Shown here: positions 9,878 to 19,491 of the stretch, piece by piece
Layout of the letters: the number at the start of each line of letters is the position of its first letter
Numbering within the stretch: the first letter of the stretch is position 1
Assembly: GCA_045535205.1 (NCBI GenBank)
Contig: JAZSLF010000097.1
Location: 3,860 to 67,859 of the forward strand
Length of the DNA: 64,000 nt
Direction: 5' to 3'
DNA from: Eubacteriales bacterium
GTDB lineage: Bacteria; Bacillota; Clostridia; Oscillospirales; CAG-272
Made by a program: the position numbers and the translations under genes
The notes under the pieces: generated by a model
Database searches by the model: none
What the model saw: only the letters and a program-made list of their open reading frames with translations
Told to the model about the DNA's origin: nothing

Positions 9878-11161
9878 TCATTCACCTCGTTTTAAAAGCT
9901 CAATTATTGCATCCGCTTTAGCAGACCAACTGTTAACCATCGCTTCGTCATTGAGTTTTGCTATGTATGCTGTGTCGCTGCTGAGCTGTTTTGCCTTATC
10001 AAGTAATTCAATAAACTGCTCATGACTGTGTGCTATCATAGGTGTTTCATATTTCATGCATTCATTCATAGCAGTTGTTACGATAGGCTTTTCGAGTGCC
10101 ATATATTCAAAAAGCTTCAGCGGAGACGTTGCCTTTGTTATATCATTAATAACGAAGGGAATAGTTAAAACATCGATTTTTGATGCATAATATTTTAGAA
10201 CTTTATAGTCCTTTGAGCCGAGAAAATGAACATTCGGCAAGGATAGAATTCCGGAAGCGTCAAGAGAGTCGTCATATCTTATGCCAAACAATACTACAGA
10301 GTATTCATTGGTATCATTGATAGCTTTTATGAGGTCATAGTCTACCCATTTTGCCATCGCACCGTAATAGCCGACGGTTGTTTTGCTTCCGGAGATAATT
10401 TCAGAAAACTCTGCTTCAAATTCTATAGGCTTAGACAAGTCTTTAAAGAAATCATAATCTACACCGTTAGTTGAAAAGGCGAGATTTTTATCACCTCTTT
10501 TATTTACAACATCATCTCTGAGCAGATCTGCAGTAACAACAACGTATACGTTGTCGGTATCCGTCATAGCAAAATCATATTTATCCTTGATATTTACAGG
10601 TAACTCCTTTGTACCTGCAAGCTGCGGATTTATATCATCAATATATTCATATAGCAGCTTATAGCCCTTGCTTATGAATTCTTTTACGTAGGAAAGCTTC
10701 ATTGTCCAATCCGTAGAATAAAACTGGAGATATTTTGGCTTGTCGGAGCTGTCCGTTCGGGAAAGCAAAAGCTCAGTGATTTTTTTGTTATTGAAATTAA
10801 CAAGATACAAATTGTCGGATAACTTCTCGATGGCCTTGACATCGTCCGTCATAGATGTGACCTCATAAAAAACAAGACATCGTTTTTTTGAAAGATTAAG
10901 AGATATGTGCTGAGGACGCTGAAACAAAGGAACGTTCCAACCGAAAGAGCTTCTCCAAATCAAAATCCTGTCAAAGCCGGAATTCAAAGCATTGTCAATG
11001 AGCTCTTCGTAATGTTTTTTGTTTTTTGAAAAATCCATGCGGTACGCAAGCCCCATGTGTTTCTTGAACATGGTTTTAATATATCGCACCACTTTTGAAA
11101 CTGCAATTTTGAAGCCGTCTTTTTTAAAAACGGAAATTACCTTTGATATTTTTTCTTTCAT
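9878..11161 (-). CDS. glycosyltransferase, GT-B fold (GT4/TuaH-like), paralogue 1
   Basis: C-terminal 'SPLKLFEYMALEKPIVTT' (E-x7-E-type region of retaining GT-B enzymes) and 'GYYGAMAKWVDYDL'. No TM segment or signal peptide. Confidence 0.7.
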   Translation of the reverse strand: MKEKISKVISVFKKDGFKIAVSKVVRYIKTMFKKHMGLAYRMDFSKNKKHYEELIDNALNSGFDRILIWRSSFGWNVPLFQRPQHISLNLSKKRCLVFYEVTSMTDDVKAIEKLSDNLYLVNFNNKKITELLLSRTDSSDKPKYLQFYSTDWTMKLSYVKEFISKGYKLLYEYIDDINPQLAGTKELPVNIKDKYDFAMTDTDNVYVVVTADLLRDDVVNKRGDKNLAFSTNGVDYDFFKDLSKPIEFEAEFSEIISGSKTTVGYYGAMAKWVDYDLIKAINDTNEYSVVLFGIRYDDSLDASGILSLPNVHFLGSKDYKVLKYYASKIDVLTIPFVINDITKATSPLKLFEYMALEKPIVTTAMNECMKYETPMIAHSHEQFIELLDKAKQLSSDTAYIAKLNDEAMVNSWSAKADAIIELLKRGE

Positions 11162-11229
11162 TTTTAAACCTCGGTATTTTACATATGACTCTTATATAAT
11201 TAAAGAGAATTAATGCTCTTGCCTGTATA

Positions 11230-12390
11230 TCAACCAATAGCAAAATCAAGTAACTCCTTACATTTTGAATGCCATGTGTTTTCAAGAGCTTCTTTTTTCA
11301 AAAGCTTTTTGTATTCTTCGTTATCAGAAAGCTCTACGGCTTTATCTAACATTCTTATAAACTCATCATGATTTGAAGCACAAAGGACAGAAGAGTATTT
11401 TTTACACTCTGTAAGCTCCGTTGTGACGATGGGCTTTTCAGCCGCCATGTATTCAAATAGCTTTACGGGAGAAGTTGAAGCGGTCAATTCATTACAAATA
11501 AAAGGAATGATACATACATCGAAGTGAGCTGCATAAGAGGGGAGTACGGCATAATCTTTTTTCCCTAAGAAATATATGTTCTCGTTTGTACCGAGACCGC
11601 TTCGTTCAAACGTCCCGTCATAGCTGATGCCGAGAAGGACAACTCTGTATCTGCCTGTATTTGCTATAGCTTGAAGCAGACCGTAATCCATCCATTCCGC
11701 AACAGCACCGTAATATCCAACAGTTATCTTGTTGTCAGTAAAACGCATATCTACAGGTGTATCATGAGCAGCAGCCTTAAAATGCTCATAATCGCATCCG
11801 TTGGTAATAAGAACAGCCTCGGTTCTGTCTTTGATTCCATCAAACAGACGGGTTGCGGTACATACGGTTTTGATTTTGTTTTCCATCATATATTCATGCT
11901 TGGCTAACAGCTTTGAATAAACACGTTTTGAAGAAAGCGCAGGGTTTAAATCATCAACATATTCATATATTACATTGAAATCGTTTTTTTTGTACAAATC
12001 TATTATTTTAAGCGACGTTGGGTCTGTCGAGTATACTATTAAGAATTTATTTTTGGGAAGAGAAGTATCAACAGCAAGAATTTTTCTGTATATATCTAAA
12101 TTTATAAGATACAAATTATCCTTTATCTTTTTATAAAACAGTCCGTTTGTGTAGCTGTCCTTTGTTGAATGATATAAAACAAGAGTTTTATCATCAAAAG
12201 AGGAAGCAATTTGCTGAGGTCTCTGCATCATTATGCCATTCCATCCGAATGTACTTTCAAGAACTACCAACCGTTCAAATTTTCCGAAATCAAAAAGGAT
12301 GCTTTTATATTTCAGCTCTTTGTTTAAGGTCATTATGGGTAACAATGTGCGTTTAATTTTATTCAGTATTCTGTTTATCATGTAAATCAC
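11230..12390 (-). CDS. glycosyltransferase, GT-B fold (GT4/TuaH-like), paralogue 2
   Basis: Colinear with 9878..11161: 'FGWNGIMMQRPQQIA', 'GYYGAVAEWMDYGLL', 'SPVKLFEYMAAEKPIVTT'. The start is either GTG 12390 or ATG 12381. Confidence 0.7.
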   Translation of the reverse strand: MIYMINRILNKIKRTLLPIMTLNKELKYKSILFDFGKFERLVVLESTFGWNGIMMQRPQQIASSFDDKTLVLYHSTKDSYTNGLFYKKIKDNLYLINLDIYRKILAVDTSLPKNKFLIVYSTDPTSLKIIDLYKKNDFNVIYEYVDDLNPALSSKRVYSKLLAKHEYMMENKIKTVCTATRLFDGIKDRTEAVLITNGCDYEHFKAAAHDTPVDMRFTDNKITVGYYGAVAEWMDYGLLQAIANTGRYRVVLLGISYDGTFERSGLGTNENIYFLGKKDYAVLPSYAAHFDVCIIPFICNELTASTSPVKLFEYMAAEKPIVTTELTECKKYSSVLCASNHDEFIRMLDKAVELSDNEEYKKLLKKEALENTWHSKCKELLDFAIG

Positions 12391-12640
12391 CGTTCATATG
12401 TAAAGTAAAAGTACCGCAAATGAGTTGCTTTGCAATAACCCCTATCGTATGATAACATAATTCTTTCAAAAAATCAACAAACTAATTTTACCCGTTAAAT
12501 ATTTTTGTGTTCAAAGACGGTCGGGTGTTTATAAAAAACGCAAACTCGAACACCAACAAAAGTTGTGAACAAAGTGCAAATTTTATCGAAACATAATAGC
12601 ATTTGTTGATAATTAAATTTACATTAAATTAATATTTGTA

Positions 12641-12669
12641 TTGACAAATAAATATTATAAGTGTATAAT
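12641..12669 (+). promoter_or_regulatory. sigma-A-type promoter for the 1,880-aa gene
   Basis: TTGACA (12641..12646), 17 nt, TATAAT (12664..12669), with an AT-rich upstream region. Confidence 0.55.
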
Positions 12670-12726
12670 TAAATTGTAATATCATTTTCCTGTGATATGA
12701 TATAATACTTTGTAAAGGAGTCAGTT

Positions 12727-15700
12727 ATGAAAAGAGCACCAAAAGTTTTAATTTCACTTCTGCTGCTTGTGTCTATGCTCGGAAATCTTATTCCGATAGT
12801 TTCACTTGCGGCCGACAGTGATACTGTCGGCGGTTTTTATTATAAACCCGCTTCATCAGTAGTCCCCGGAAAAGAATATCTCGTACTCAGCACCAACAAC
12901 ACGGGCACCGCTTATGCCCTCGCACCCACAGACAGCGCAAGTACGGAAAACAAAAACACAACAAAATCAGTACCCGTATCTATCAATGCGGACGGCACCG
13001 TTTCGGGTTCTGACAGCACAGCGGAACTTGAATGGGAATTTATTCAGTCCACTCCTACCACCTCTGATAACAGAGCAAAAGTCCTTTATATGCTTCAAAA
13101 TAAGGCCACCGGAGCTTACCTGTGGAATCCTTCATATGAAGTTGACACAAGTGTATTCGGTACTTGTATTACGCCTATACAGGATGCATATAACGGAAGT
13201 ACATTTGCTGCATTCGATTACAACACAGCATTAACTGCTGCAACGGGATCAGAGAACATTCTCGGCGATATAACCGGAACAGCAACGTTCCAGGGAGCAT
13301 GGATGAAACTTCAGTCTCCTTCAAACGGTGACGGCAACTTCGCAGTTAACTTTACGAGAAGCACCCTTTCTACAAACACCTGGAGATTTTTCACATATAC
13401 ATATCACACAGGTCTTGCAGCTCAGGGAACTACTCTTACTGTTGGTCAGCAAGCACGTATTTATACCGACACTACAGGTAATCCCGGTTTTGCACAGGAT
13501 TATTCTTTCCTCGTATCATCAAGCCCTATTCAGAGTGGATGGAATTCACCGAGCCTTGATCTTATTTCTTTTGCAAAGTTGAATGGAGCGTCCTTCTTTA
13601 CAGGTAATATCAAGAGAATCAGACTCGACCTTCAGGATACAAACACTAAGCCAAATCAACACGGTTTTGTTGACTCTGTAGCTCTCGGTAAGACAGCTGC
13701 AGGTATCCAGACCTTGGCAATGTACAGAAATGATGTAGCGAACGCTCGCGGCGGTGGCCTTATGCCTTCCGTTGAATATCCCTTCTGTCAGTTTGAAATC
13801 GGTAACATCAATAACAATCATTGGGCAATTGCTTTCTATTCAAATCAGTCCGCAAGTAAGAATTATATGATGGCTCCTGATACTGACGGCGGTCCTTTCA
13901 GATTCGGTTATAACCATGCAGGAATTTACCTTTATGAAAAAGTTTACGATGATAATAGTTCCTTTGAATGGGTAATAGCCGATGAGTTAATTAATGGTGA
14001 AGAATTTGCTCTCGTAAGTGTGAACAACGGTACAGGCAAAATATTCAATTGTGACGGTACAGTTTCAACAGTTACGGTATCGGGTAACAGAATTATTTCC
14101 GAAGTACCTGCAACATCCACATGGTCAGCGTATATTAATAGTGATATAAACGGAACTAATGCTGTCAGCGGTCAAAAAGGCTTCTGGCTTGCAGCAAATT
14201 ATTTAATTGCAAGTACAGCAGCACAGCCTCAATATATAAATATCAGGCCCTTCCTTATCACTCATGGAAATAATGTAAATACCACATATCCTCACTCTTC
14301 TGTAGTTGGAAATTACTACGATACAAATCTTTGTAATTACACATGGAACTATGAAAACGGTAAGCTTATAAGTGCTCACATCAATAAGGCACAGGTCGTT
14401 GGCGCAACTAATGATGCAACGAAATCTGTTGGATTCAGCGGTGATGCACTTACAACAGACGGTACAGGAACAGTTTACATTTTCAAGAAGACATATCATG
14501 AGCATAATTACGTTGAAACAAACAGAATAAACGCAACTTGTACAACTGCGGGTGAAGTAACATATATTTGCGAATGTACAGCAACAAAAACAGATGTAAT
14601 CGGTGCACTCGGTCATGTGACAGGAGCTCTTTCATCTGTTGACAGAGATTTTCATGGCTATACGTGTACACGTTGCTCCGAGCTCGTTAAATCAGCTCAC
14701 ACGATAACATACGAAGATGATGATGCAGTTTATCACGAAAGAATATGTTTATATTGCGATTACCACGAAACCGAAACACACACACTTGATGTAACTACGG
14801 TAGATCCCAACTGTGTACACGGTACGATTACAATATCCCATTGTAATTATTGCGGATTCCATGATGAAAGTGATGACGGGGATTTTTCGGGTCACGTAAA
14901 TAATCCCGGTAGCGTACTTATACCTGCAAGCTGTACTACTGAAGGTACGCTAAAATACACATGTCTTGTGTGCGGTGATGCTTCCGGCATAGGAACTATT
15001 GAAGCACACGGTCATATGTATTCAGATTGGTACAATAAAAACGCAACCACCAGAGTGAAAAAATGTCTCCATTGCGGAGATGAGATTACTGAAAATTACA
15101 GTAATTATACCACTGATTATGTATACGGCCTCGTTGATTATCCTATCTCTGGCAGAGATTACATTATTGCGAATACAGCTTATACCGGAAACGGTTTCGC
15201 TGCTGCTTCTCCTAATTATGTTGATTCATCAAAGGAAACTATAGTATCAACTCCTATCATCATTAACGGTAAAGACAGTACCTCCCCTGTTCCTTATATT
15301 AAACCGAATTCCGCAGGCGAAAATATTCTCTGGACGGCAGAAGTGAACGGAAATAAGTTTGCCTTCAAAAATATCGGAACAAATGAATACCTTTGGGCAA
15401 GAACAATGACAAGCGAATCCTGTCCTGAATGGATCCATAATAATATCGGTTCTTCTACAAATCTTTCCGATTATCTTTTCAGTGCCGTCACAGCTTCAGG
15501 TGCAGGCGGTAGCGGTGAGGCTATAATCTCAGGACTCGGTACGGAACTTATTGCTCCTACAGGTATCAGAGTTGGTTTTGAGGAGAATATTTATTCAAAC
15601 GGATTTACTATTCCCGGTAAAAATGCTCTTCGTTTCCAGCCCGGAGATTTCCACTATCCTATAGTTGGTTTTGTTAATCCCGACGGTAATGTAATAAGAC

Positions 15701-18369
15701 ACGAGAACGATTTATTCCCCGATATTACAGGAAATCTCACTATTGACTTTGATCTGCATTTCACGTCGCCCGACTGTTGTATCATTCTTTACAAGCCTGA
15801 TTATACGAACGGACTCTACGGTCAGAGAATTGAAATTCTCGGCGGCTCATATAATACGGATCCTAACGGCGGCACATGCGTCAACTTTGTTACAAATACA
15901 ATAAATCCCAACGGCTCTTTAAATAATGACGCTTACGTTTACGGAATCAACCTCAATGATCCTAAGTTTGACGGAACTGACATTGATAACGGTCTTACTT
16001 GGGGCGAAAACACATGGCATCATATAAGAATTATTTGCGATGAAACTTCCAACAGTACAGAGCTGTATATTGACAACGTACTTGTTGCAAAAGTAGATGG
16101 TTGGATCTTTAAGTCTCCCGTTATCAATGATGCCGATGGTGTTGTAAGTAATAAGCATTCTCATAAGGGCATTTATATGCTCAGCTGGATCAATAAGGCG
16201 GGTAACCCCGTACACACTCAAAGCGGAATGCCTATGAGATTTATTCAATACGGATCTGATAATGGCGATTGGAATGTTTGGGTCGATAATCTTAATATCA
16301 AGTCCGAACGAGTACATATATACGATGACTACGATGATACAAGAAATGCAGTATACGGCGTCGAAAGTAATATTACAGCTGAATTTGTAAACGTCGTGGA
16401 TCCTACTGTGGTTTCTCCTGAACTTATCGCTCAGAATGTATTTGTAGCAGATAATGACGTTTCAAACAAAGTATATCTTTATGAAAAGATGTATAAATAT
16501 GACATTGAGTATTACTATGACGGAATTAAAGACGACAGCCTTACGGAAACAGGCTATCGTTCAATTGGGGCATCTGTAACATATTCTGATAAAGCCAAAC
16601 TTGGTTATATTTTTGACAAAGCTTCCCCCGCAGGAACAATAACTGTAGGAGAGAATACAGCAAATAACGTTATCAAAGTATATTATGTAAGTGCCGGATC
16701 TGCTAATAACGACAGCTATGCTGTAAGTTTTTCCAAAACAGCAATACCTGCAGCTTATTTTGCAGAAAACGATACTATCAGAAATTCTGTTACAAATTAT
16801 ACACTTAGCGGTATAGCTTCTGCTATAAATGGAAGTGTTAATACTATTTATACATCAAGTATTGTAAATAACGCAGTAGTAAACAGCAATGGTGTAACAG
16901 TTACTCTTGAAAACGGTAACGTAATTGTAAATTCCACGAATACTACAGATATTAATGTAGATTTTTATCTCCAGTATTCATTTACGCAGAATGGACAGAC
17001 AGCATATATCTATTCTTCAGCAAAACTTATTTCCGCAACATCTATTTATTTTGAAGATAACGCAGGGCTTATAAATTATGCCGGCGGAACACTTCAAAAC
17101 GGTGGTAACTACGGTTGGGAAAAGGTTGGATCAGGCTCTGTTCCTACAGCCCTTTATAACGATGTTTACGGATATTCCGATACATATAATAATGTAGCAA
17201 ACATTCAGTATAGTGCAGGCTCTTCATACAAGCTTACAATGCCCGAAAGACCTGATTATGAAAACGAGGCTTACGCTTCATTCATATTTAACGGCACAGG
17301 CTTTGATGTTATCAGCCACGCCGATTCAACCGCCGGTATAGTATTCGTAGATGTTTATAACGTGGTAAACGGTGTTCGTACAGGCGATGCTGTCAGAAGT
17401 TATTTTGTAAATAACTATCTTGGCTACACTTACAACGGAGAAGAATGGCTTCCTACAGACAACGCCGATGCTATTTGGCAGGTTCCCGTGATCAAGGTTG
17501 ACGATCTTGCATACGGCACTTATGAAGCTGTAATTACACCTACATACGTCAGAGACTTTAAGGGCAGAACAGAGGGTGATACAAACTTCTATCTTGACGC
17601 TGTAAGAATTTACGCACCTATGGAAAACAATGAAGCATTCAATTCTGTTTATGCCGCTGTCGGACAGTATGCACCTGTATATTACGATATAGGCGAGCTC
17701 ATTATCAGCAGCGATAACGACAATTGGAACAGCGGATGTTCCGGTGTCATGTACATTACGGGTAAGGGCTCGACAGCAACAGCGTCCGATTACACAAAAT
17801 TCGGTCCTAACCACGAGGTATATCTTAACAGCTCCGATTATATTTCTTTCTATCTTGTATCTGACTCTCCCTCAGCCAATATTGCAATCGGTGCATCTGC
17901 CATCGGTTCTGCGGCAACTCTCAGCACAGCACACGGAAAGAATACCACAGAATATACGCTTAAATCGGGTCTCGATATGTATTATCCCTTAAACGTAGAA
18001 TGGACCTTTGAAAACGGTGCTTATAAGACTGATATTATAACAGTATCAGCTAAGTCAGGTCTCGTTTCCGTAACAGATATAAGATGTACAGAAGAGGCAG
18101 CTGCAGTTTCAACATTATCCTTTGAAACATATTCCGCTTCCGTAATGGAAAGCTCTTTGGATAGTATTATCGAAATTCTTAATGCAGTTCTCGGCGATGT
18201 AAACGGTGACAACGTAGTGAACGCTCTTGACTCTCTTATAGCAAAGCTTTACGTAACAGGTTCCAAGGAACTTACCGAAGCACAGCTTTACGCACTTGAC
18301 CTTAACGGCGACGGTGTAATAAACAGTAAAGACGTGCTTAAACTCAAGTTACTCATTCTCGGTAAATGA
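12727..18369 (+). CDS. giant secreted multidomain protein with C-terminal type-I dockerin
   Basis: Signal peptide 'LLLLVSMLGNLIPIVSLAAD'. Three copies by eye of a ~100-aa module ('G.EY..L....G..YAL...W.F....G.YLW'). A Cys/His repeat region (14497..15099). A LamG-like segment ('NTWHHIRIICDETSNSTELYIDNVLVAKVDG'). A MucBP-like segment ('YDIEYYYDGIKDD...VIKVYY'). Dockerin 'GDVNGDNVVNALD...DLNGDGVINSKD' (18193..18366). Confidence 0.85.
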   Translation: MKRAPKVLISLLLLVSMLGNLIPIVSLAADSDTVGGFYYKPASSVVPGKEYLVLSTNNTGTAYALAPTDSASTENKNTTKSVPVSINADGTVSGSDSTAELEWEFIQSTPTTSDNRAKVLYMLQNKATGAYLWNPSYEVDTSVFGTCITPIQDAYNGSTFAAFDYNTALTAATGSENILGDITGTATFQGAWMKLQSPSNGDGNFAVNFTRSTLSTNTWRFFTYTYHTGLAAQGTTLTVGQQARIYTDTTGNPGFAQDYSFLVSSSPIQSGWNSPSLDLISFAKLNGASFFTGNIKRIRLDLQDTNTKPNQHGFVDSVALGKTAAGIQTLAMYRNDVANARGGGLMPSVEYPFCQFEIGNINNNHWAIAFYSNQSASKNYMMAPDTDGGPFRFGYNHAGIYLYEKVYDDNSSFEWVIADELINGEEFALVSVNNGTGKIFNCDGTVSTVTVSGNRIISEVPATSTWSAYINSDINGTNAVSGQKGFWLAANYLIASTAAQPQYINIRPFLITHGNNVNTTYPHSSVVGNYYDTNLCNYTWNYENGKLISAHINKAQVVGATNDATKSVGFSGDALTTDGTGTVYIFKKTYHEHNYVETNRINATCTTAGEVTYICECTATKTDVIGALGHVTGALSSVDRDFHGYTCTRCSELVKSAHTITYEDDDAVYHERICLYCDYHETETHTLDVTTVDPNCVHGTITISHCNYCGFHDESDDGDFSGHVNNPGSVLIPASCTTEGTLKYTCLVCGDASGIGTIEAHGHMYSDWYNKNATTRVKKCLHCGDEITENYSNYTTDYVYGLVDYPISGRDYIIANTAYTGNGFAAASPNYVDSSKETIVSTPIIINGKDSTSPVPYIKPNSAGENILWTAEVNGNKFAFKNIGTNEYLWARTMTSESCPEWIHNNIGSSTNLSDYLFSAVTASGAGGSGEAIISGLGTELIAPTGIRVGFEENIYSNGFTIPGKNALRFQPGDFHYPIVGFVNPDGNVIRHENDLFPDITGNLTIDFDLHFTSPDCCIILYKPDYTNGLYGQRIEILGGSYNTDPNGGTCVNFVTNTINPNGSLNNDAYVYGINLNDPKFDGTDIDNGLTWGENTWHHIRIICDETSNSTELYIDNVLVAKVDGWIFKSPVINDADGVVSNKHSHKGIYMLSWINKAGNPVHTQSGMPMRFIQYGSDNGDWNVWVDNLNIKSERVHIYDDYDDTRNAVYGVESNITAEFVNVVDPTVVSPELIAQNVFVADNDVSNKVYLYEKMYKYDIEYYYDGIKDDSLTETGYRSIGASVTYSDKAKLGYIFDKASPAGTITVGENTANNVIKVYYVSAGSANNDSYAVSFSKTAIPAAYFAENDTIRNSVTNYTLSGIASAINGSVNTIYTSSIVNNAVVNSNGVTVTLENGNVIVNSTNTTDINVDFYLQYSFTQNGQTAYIYSSAKLISATSIYFEDNAGLINYAGGTLQNGGNYGWEKVGSGSVPTALYNDVYGYSDTYNNVANIQYSAGSSYKLTMPERPDYENEAYASFIFNGTGFDVISHADSTAGIVFVDVYNVVNGVRTGDAVRSYFVNNYLGYTYNGEEWLPTDNADAIWQVPVIKVDDLAYGTYEAVITPTYVRDFKGRTEGDTNFYLDAVRIYAPMENNEAFNSVYAAVGQYAPVYYDIGELIISSDNDNWNSGCSGVMYITGKGSTATASDYTKFGPNHEVYLNSSDYISFYLVSDSPSANIAIGASAIGSAATLSTAHGKNTTEYTLKSGLDMYYPLNVEWTFENGAYKTDIITVSAKSGLVSVTDIRCTEEAAAVSTLSFETYSASVMESSLDSIIEILNAVLGDVNGDNVVNALDSLIAKLYVTGSKELTEAQLYALDLNGDGVINSKDVLKLKLLILGK

Positions 18370-18401
18370 GCGACACCAGAAATATATATAGGAGGATAAC
18401 G

Positions 18402-18650
18402 ATGAAAAAGAGTTATACAAAACCTGAAATAACCTTTGACAGTTTCGGTGTTTCTGCAAATTTTGCAGCTTCTGTCGGCTCTTGTGCCCATGCGGCAGAC
18501 CTTTCACTCGAAGCAAGCTGCGGCGTATATATTGCCGGAAGACTTTTATTTACCAGTGAGATAACAGGTTGCAAATATATTTCTAATGATGGTGAATTCG
18601 GTGCATGTTATTATATTCCCAGTGGAGACAGCAACGTATTTATATCGTAA
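18402..18650 (+). CDS. small Cys-containing protein/peptide (82 aa) co-transcribed with the giant gene
   Basis: AGGAGG (18390..18395) lies 6 nt upstream of ATG 18402. It sits between the giant gene's stop and the first terminator. It has four Cys and no hydrophobic signal peptide. Confidence 0.55.
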   Translation: MKKSYTKPEITFDSFGVSANFAASVGSCAHAADLSLEASCGVYIAGRLLFTSEITGCKYISNDGEFGACYYIPSGDSNVFIS

Positions 18651-18668
18651 AGAATAACTGAAACTATA

Positions 18669-18700
18669 GACCGCACGCCCAATGGGTGTGCGGTCTTTTA
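18669..18700 (+). terminator. rho-independent terminator of the giant-gene/peptide unit
   Basis: AGACCGCAC...GTGCGGTCT followed by TTTT. Confidence 0.7.
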
Positions 18701-18750
18701 TATTGAAAGAGCCTCAGCCTTTGCAGCTTGAGACTCTTTAGTATTTGATT

Positions 18751-19491
18751 TTATGCAAGCTTATCTCTCAAATAAGCAAAAATCTTTTTTTCTTCTCTTG
18801 AAATCTTAACCTGAGTCATACCGAGCTTTGCAGCTGTCTCTTGTTGAGACAGGCATTTATAATAACGCAGAATAATGATTTTACGCCATGTTGGCTCAAG
18901 GCTGTTAATAGAGTCAAGAAGTGCAATTCTTTCTATTTCACTTTCAAAGGGATTTTCAGAAGCCGCAAGTGAATTTTCAAGCGTTAATCCTTCGTTGTCA
19001 CCGACAACCGCTGAAAGAGAATATACAGGAGAGATCGCATCAAGTGCTTCGCAGATCTCCTCACAGCTTAATTTGCACATATCGGATAATTCGGATACGG
19101 TTGGTTCCCGACCGTTTTCCGAGGCGTATTTTTCTTTTGCTTTAATAATCGCATATCCGTTTTGTTTTCGTATTCTGCTTACTTTTATAAGACCGTCATC
19201 TCTGAGAAATTTCCGTATTTCTCCCATTATCATGGGAACAGCATAAGTAGAAAATGCGTTTCCTTTAGTTATGTCAAAGCTTCTTATAGCTTTCAGCATT
19301 CCGATTAGTCCTATTTGTATCAGATCTTCAAGCTCACAGCCTCTTCCTATAAATCGTTTTGCAACAGATGTTACAAGTGTATAATTATCACGTATTAATG
19401 CTTCCATGGCGAGCTCGTCGCCGTTTGCGGCACTTTTTAAATATTCAAGGTTATTCTTATACTGTTTTCCAGACTTCTCCATATGTATCAA
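18751..19491 (-). CDS. sigF: sporulation sigma factor SigF
   Basis: 'STYAVPMIMGEIRKFLRDDGLIKVSR' (SigF/G signature) and 'YYKCLSQQETAAKLGMTQVKISR'. It is the third gene of a spoIIAA-spoIIAB-sigF arrangement. Confidence 0.9.
   Translation of the reverse strand: MIHMEKSGKQYKNNLEYLKSAANGDELAMEALIRDNYTLVTSVAKRFIGRGCELEDLIQIGLIGMLKAIRSFDITKGNAFSTYAVPMIMGEIRKFLRDDGLIKVSRIRKQNGYAIIKAKEKYASENGREPTVSELSDMCKLSCEEICEALDAISPVYSLSAVVGDNEGLTLENSLAASENPFESEIERIALLDSINSLEPTWRKIIILRYYKCLSQQETAAKLGMTQVKISREEKKIFAYLRDKLA

Noticed and set aside
12391-12726. Short GTGTTC / GAACAC / GTGAACAAAG repeats in the divergent GT/giant-gene control region, considered as possible regulator sites.
   Set aside because: They are only 6-bp complementary cores with irregular spacing. 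This is indistinguishable from chance in AT-rich DNA without comparative data.
18366-18401. ORF-track start ATG 18366 for the small peptide, overlapping the giant gene's stop.
   Set aside because: It has no RBS. The internal ATG 18402 has a perfect AGGAGG at optimal spacing, so the 12 extra residues are probably not translated.
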